A stretch of 64,000 nucleotides of DNA from Candidatus Omnitrophota bacterium. Its GTDB lineage: Bacteria > Omnitrophota > Gorgyraeia > 2-02-FULL-51-18. Position numbers and translations under genes: made by a program. The stretch covers positions 9,511-73,510 of the forward strand of contig JACPWF010000006.1 in the NCBI GenBank assembly GCA_016197155.1. The letters are read 5' to 3'. This document shows positions 60,714 to 64,000 of this stretch, piece by piece (position 1 is the stretch's first letter; every line of letters starts with the position of its first letter). The notes under the pieces were generated by a model. It made no database searches. It was not told the DNA's origin and saw only the letters and a list, made by a program, of their open reading frames with translations.

Positions 60714-61957
60714 TTGAATATCTCCAAAACTTTTTTGACGCCGCGCGCGAGTTTGTCGATTTCCTCTTTCGTGTTGTAAAACGCGAAGGACGCGCGCGCG
60801 GTGGCGGGGACGCCGAAGCGCTTCATCGTCGGCTGGGCGCAGTGATGCCCCGCGCGGATGGCGATGCCCTCTTGGTCAAGCACCGTCCCGATGTCGTGCG
60901 GGTGAATCCCCTCGAGCGAAAACGAAACGAGGCTCGCCTTTTCGGCGGCCGTCCCGATGATCTTGAGTCCCGGGATCGCGGACAACTTTTCCGTCGCGTG
61001 AGTTAAAAGTTCGCGCTCGTGAGCCGTGACCGCTTCCCAGTCCAATTTCCCCAAGTAATCCAGCGCCGCCCCCAGACCGATGATCTCGGCGATCGCCGGC
61101 GTGCCCGCCTCAAACTTGGCCGGCGGTTTGGCGTAGGTCGTTTTCTCGAAAGTCACCGACTCGATCATGTCGCCGCCCGTCTGGTAAGGGTCCATCGCGT
61201 CGAGGTGCTTGGCCTTCGCGTACAAAACGCCGATGCCCGTCGGCCCGTAAATTTTGTGTCCCGAAAAACAGTAGAAATCGCAGTCGATCTCCCGCACGTC
61301 GACTCTGAAATGGGGCGCGCCCTGCGCGCCGTCGACTAGGACCCACGCGCCGGCGTGATGCGCGAGCCTCGTCATTTCCCGGATGGGATTCACGGTGCCA
61401 AGCGCGTTCGAGACGTGCCCGATAGAAACCAGGTACGTCCGCGCGCCGAGAAGTTTTTGAAATTCCTCCAAAATGATTTCTCCGCGGTCGTTCACGGGAA
61501 TGATTTTAAGCGTCAGGCCCTTTTCCTCGCAAAGCCTCTGCCAGGGGACGATGTTGGAGTGGTGCTCGATTTGGGAAATGAGGATCTCATCGCCCTTTTT
61601 CAAAAATTTCCGGCCAAAACCCGCCGCCACGAGGTTCACGGCCTCGGTCGCGCCGCGCACGAAAATAATCTCCGACGCGCGCCCGGCGTTCAAAAATCGC
61701 CGGCACTTCTCGCGCACGGTGTCGCATTCGGCCGTGGAGAGCTGGCTGAACGTGTAAACGCCGCGGTGGATCGTCGCGTACTCGTGGCGCAGAAAGGCCG
61801 CCATGCGGTCGATCACGGCGGACGGCTTTTGCGTCGTCGCGGCGTTGTCGAGGTAAACAAGCCCGTGCCCGTTCATGACGCTCGAGAGCATCGGAAAATC
61901 CCGCCGGATCCGATCGATGTCCAAAACGTCCGCGGCCGCCGTTTCCGTTTTCGTCAT
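60710..61957 (-). CDS. sufS: SUF cysteine desulfurase
   Basis: YLDNAATTQKP, EHHSNIVPW, FEAGTP and RAGHHCAQP. Confidence 0.95.
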   Translation of the reverse strand: MTKTETAAADVLDIDRIRRDFPMLSSVMNGHGLVYLDNAATTQKPSAVIDRMAAFLRHEYATIHRGVYTFSQLSTAECDTVREKCRRFLNAGRASEIIFVRGATEAVNLVAAGFGRKFLKKGDEILISQIEHHSNIVPWQRLCEEKGLTLKIIPVNDRGEIILEEFQKLLGARTYLVSIGHVSNALGTVNPIREMTRLAHHAGAWVLVDGAQGAPHFRVDVREIDCDFYCFSGHKIYGPTGIGVLYAKAKHLDAMDPYQTGGDMIESVTFEKTTYAKPPAKFEAGTPAIAEIIGLGAALDYLGKLDWEAVTAHERELLTHATEKLSAIPGLKIIGTAAEKASLVSFSLEGIHPHDIGTVLDQEGIAIRAGHHCAQPTMKRFGVPATARASFAFYNTKEEIDKLARGVKKVLEIFK

Positions 61958-63132
61958 GTTTTCACCATGCCTTTGATCGCTTCCTGAATGTTTTTCTCGA
62001 GATCGTTTTTCAAACTTTTGTCGCGAATCTCGTCAATGATTTCCTGCGCGAAACCGTAGGTCAGAAGAAATCGCGCCACGCTTTTTGAAAGTCCGCGGCT
62101 CCTCAAATAAAAAAGCTCGTCCTTCTCGATCGGGCCGACCGTGGCGCCGTGATGGCAGGAGACGTCGTCGTTTTCGATGATGAGTTTTGGCCGCGCGAAA
62201 CCCTGCGCCGTTTCCGACAGGAGAAGCGAGCGGCTGAGCTGTTTCGAATCGGATTTTTCGGCGTTCGGATGCACGCGGACCAGGCTGTCAAATTCGGACC
62301 GCGCGCGGTCGGTGAGGATCGTTTTGTAAAATTGGCGGCTCGTACAGCCGGGGGCCGCGTGAATCGCCTGAACGTGGTGGTGGCTTTCCGAATCCCCTTT
62401 CAAAACGGTCAGGCCCTTCATCGAGGCGAACGCCTTTGGCGCGCGGAAATGGATTTCCGAGTCGTTCCGCAGGACCCGCGAGGCGTCCGACGTGAAAACC
62501 GAGGATTCGAGAGAACTTCCCTCATCCAATAAAAAACGGTTGGCCGCAAATTGAAACGCGCCGCGATCGCGACTCAGCTGAACCACGTCCACGTGCGACT
62601 TTTTCCCCAATTGAAATTCATTCACCGCGTTCACGAAATGCGCCGCGGCCGTCTCCCCCGTGTAATGCAGGATAAAACTCGCCCGGACCTGATTGCCTGC
62701 GTGAACCAAGAGGCGCGGATAAAACACGCAAGGGGCGCCTGCCGGAGGAGCGCTCACGAAAAAAACGTGAACCGGATCGATCAGGCACGACTCGTCCGGA
62801 ATGTCGAGCCAAACCCCGTCCCGGAACCGGCGCGCGTTGATCGCGGCAAAAGGGTCCGAGTTTTTTTCGGAGATACCGCCCCGGAGAGGACGCACGGCCG
62901 TCCCCTTCGGCAAAGCGCCCAGCTCAGAAAATTCCGGCGAATATTTTCCGTTCATAAAAACAATTTGAATGCGCCCGCTTCCGGAAAAAGACGACGGGGT
63001 TTTTTCGGGCTCGACAAACGCGGTCTCGAGAATGGGCGTCAGGTCCACATACCTCCAGGCCTCCTCACGCCGCGTGGGAAACACGACGTCCGGAAACGAT
63101 TCGCGATAGGTTTTAGCGGCTGACGGATTCAT
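61954..63132 (-). CDS. sufD: Fe-S cluster assembly protein SufD
   Basis: FPTRREEAWRY, DDVSCHHGATVG and LFYLRSRG; start ATG 63132. Confidence 0.9.
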   Translation of the reverse strand: MNPSAAKTYRESFPDVVFPTRREEAWRYVDLTPILETAFVEPEKTPSSFSGSGRIQIVFMNGKYSPEFSELGALPKGTAVRPLRGGISEKNSDPFAAINARRFRDGVWLDIPDESCLIDPVHVFFVSAPPAGAPCVFYPRLLVHAGNQVRASFILHYTGETAAAHFVNAVNEFQLGKKSHVDVVQLSRDRGAFQFAANRFLLDEGSSLESSVFTSDASRVLRNDSEIHFRAPKAFASMKGLTVLKGDSESHHHVQAIHAAPGCTSRQFYKTILTDRARSEFDSLVRVHPNAEKSDSKQLSRSLLLSETAQGFARPKLIIENDDVSCHHGATVGPIEKDELFYLRSRGLSKSVARFLLTYGFAQEIIDEIRDKSLKNDLEKNIQEAIKGMVKT

Positions 63133-63853
63133 AACCTTTCCTCTCGAGCTCGATCGCCAACTGTCTGTCACCCGAGCGCACGACGCGCCCGTCCGCGAGG
63201 ATGTGCACAAAATCCGGCTCCACATGATTCAAAAGCCGCTGGTAGTGCGTGATGAGGATCATCGCGTTGTCCGGCCGCCGGAGTTTTTTGACGCCCTCGG
63301 CCACGACTTTAAGCGCGTCGATGTCCAGGCCCGAATCGGTTTCGTCGAGGATCGCCAATACGGGATCCAGGACCGCCATCTGAACGATCTCGTTTCTTTT
63401 TTTCTCGCCCCCCGAAAATCCGTGATTGACCGAACGGCCCGAAAAATCGGGGCTCATTTGAACCAGTTTCAATTTTTCCGAAAGGATCCCGTCAAACTCG
63501 AGCGGGTCCACCTCCGTTTTCCCCAGAAATTTCTGCTTGGCGTTGTACGCCATCCTCAGGAAACTGGCGTTGTTCACGCCGGGGATCTCGACGGGATACT
63601 GAAACGCGAGAAAAACTCCCATGAGGGCGCGGTCCTCGGGCTCCAGATCCAACAGTTTTTTCCCGAGGAAAAGGATCTCGCCCTTCGACACCGCGTAGTG
63701 CGGATCGCCCGCCAGCACCTTGGCCAGCGTGCTTTTTCCGGAACCGTTCGGGCCCATGATCGCGTGGACCTCCCCCGCTTTCACCTCGAGATTGAAACCT
63801 TTTAAAATTTCCTTGCCGCCGATGCCGGCGTGCAGATTTTTAATGGACAACAC
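63113..63853 (-). CDS. sufC: Fe-S cluster assembly ATPase SufC
   Basis: GPNGSGKST, FQYPVEIPGV, FSGGEKKR and DETDSGLDID; start GTG 63853. Confidence 0.95.
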   Translation of the reverse strand: MLSIKNLHAGIGGKEILKGFNLEVKAGEVHAIMGPNGSGKSTLAKVLAGDPHYAVSKGEILFLGKKLLDLEPEDRALMGVFLAFQYPVEIPGVNNASFLRMAYNAKQKFLGKTEVDPLEFDGILSEKLKLVQMSPDFSGRSVNHGFSGGEKKRNEIVQMAVLDPVLAILDETDSGLDIDALKVVAEGVKKLRRPDNAMILITHYQRLLNHVEPDFVHILADGRVVRSGDRQLAIELERKGYESVSR

Positions 63854-63855
63854 GT

Positions 63856-64000
63856 TTAAGCCACGCTCCCTTCGAGTTTCAAACCCAATAATTTCGTCGC
63901 CTCGACGGCGAACTCCCCAGGCAATTCCCGGAAAACATCCCTGCAAAAGCCGTTAATGATCGCCCCCATCGCGTCCTCGGTTTGGATCCCCCGCTGGCGG
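63856..64000 (-). CDS. sufB: SufB C-terminus (partial)
   Basis: Manual translation [47 protein letters not shown]. Confidence 0.9.
   Translation of the reverse strand, partial: RQRGIQTEDAMGAIINGFCRDVFRELPGEFAVEATKLLGLKLEGSVA

Overview
This is a GC-rich bacterial chromosome segment with genes almost all on the minus strand. The giant-gene architecture suggests Omnitrophota or another PVC-group lineage; this is an inference. Housekeeping content: nuoABC(TPR)D(TA)EFG, dnaJ-like, lacD-like, ychF, GH57, an aminotransferase-LuxE-LuxC cluster, trxB, ferredoxin, gltBD, pepA, moeB-rhodanese, iscS, tandem thyX-like, sulfite/nitrite reductase, metE, apbC, nadA and sufBCDSU-nfuA. The outstanding feature is an ~11.8 kb giant gene (8229-19986, split by one +1 frame break near 19012-19091). 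It has a signal peptide and an N-terminal domain with TIKI/TraB/ChaN/EreA-like motifs, followed by cargo modules separated by 11 copies of a [GA]-A-R-[LM]-[ASV] pentapeptide. The cargo includes a glycogen synthase, a GH15 glucoamylase and a module with an internal twin-arginine-like signal. This is the layout expected of a self-processed polyprotein or effector train. Other observations: two integrase-free cassettes flanked by direct repeats of host gene ends (giant gene 3' end; nadA 5' end); five toxin-antitoxin-like modules, two with apparently deleted toxins; several REP-like and heptamer repeat families that are translated in frame, nest inside each other and supply signal peptides; recurring leaderless promoters; and a leader-peptide attenuator upstream of an orphan gene. 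No rRNA, tRNA, CRISPR array, integrase or transposase was seen.
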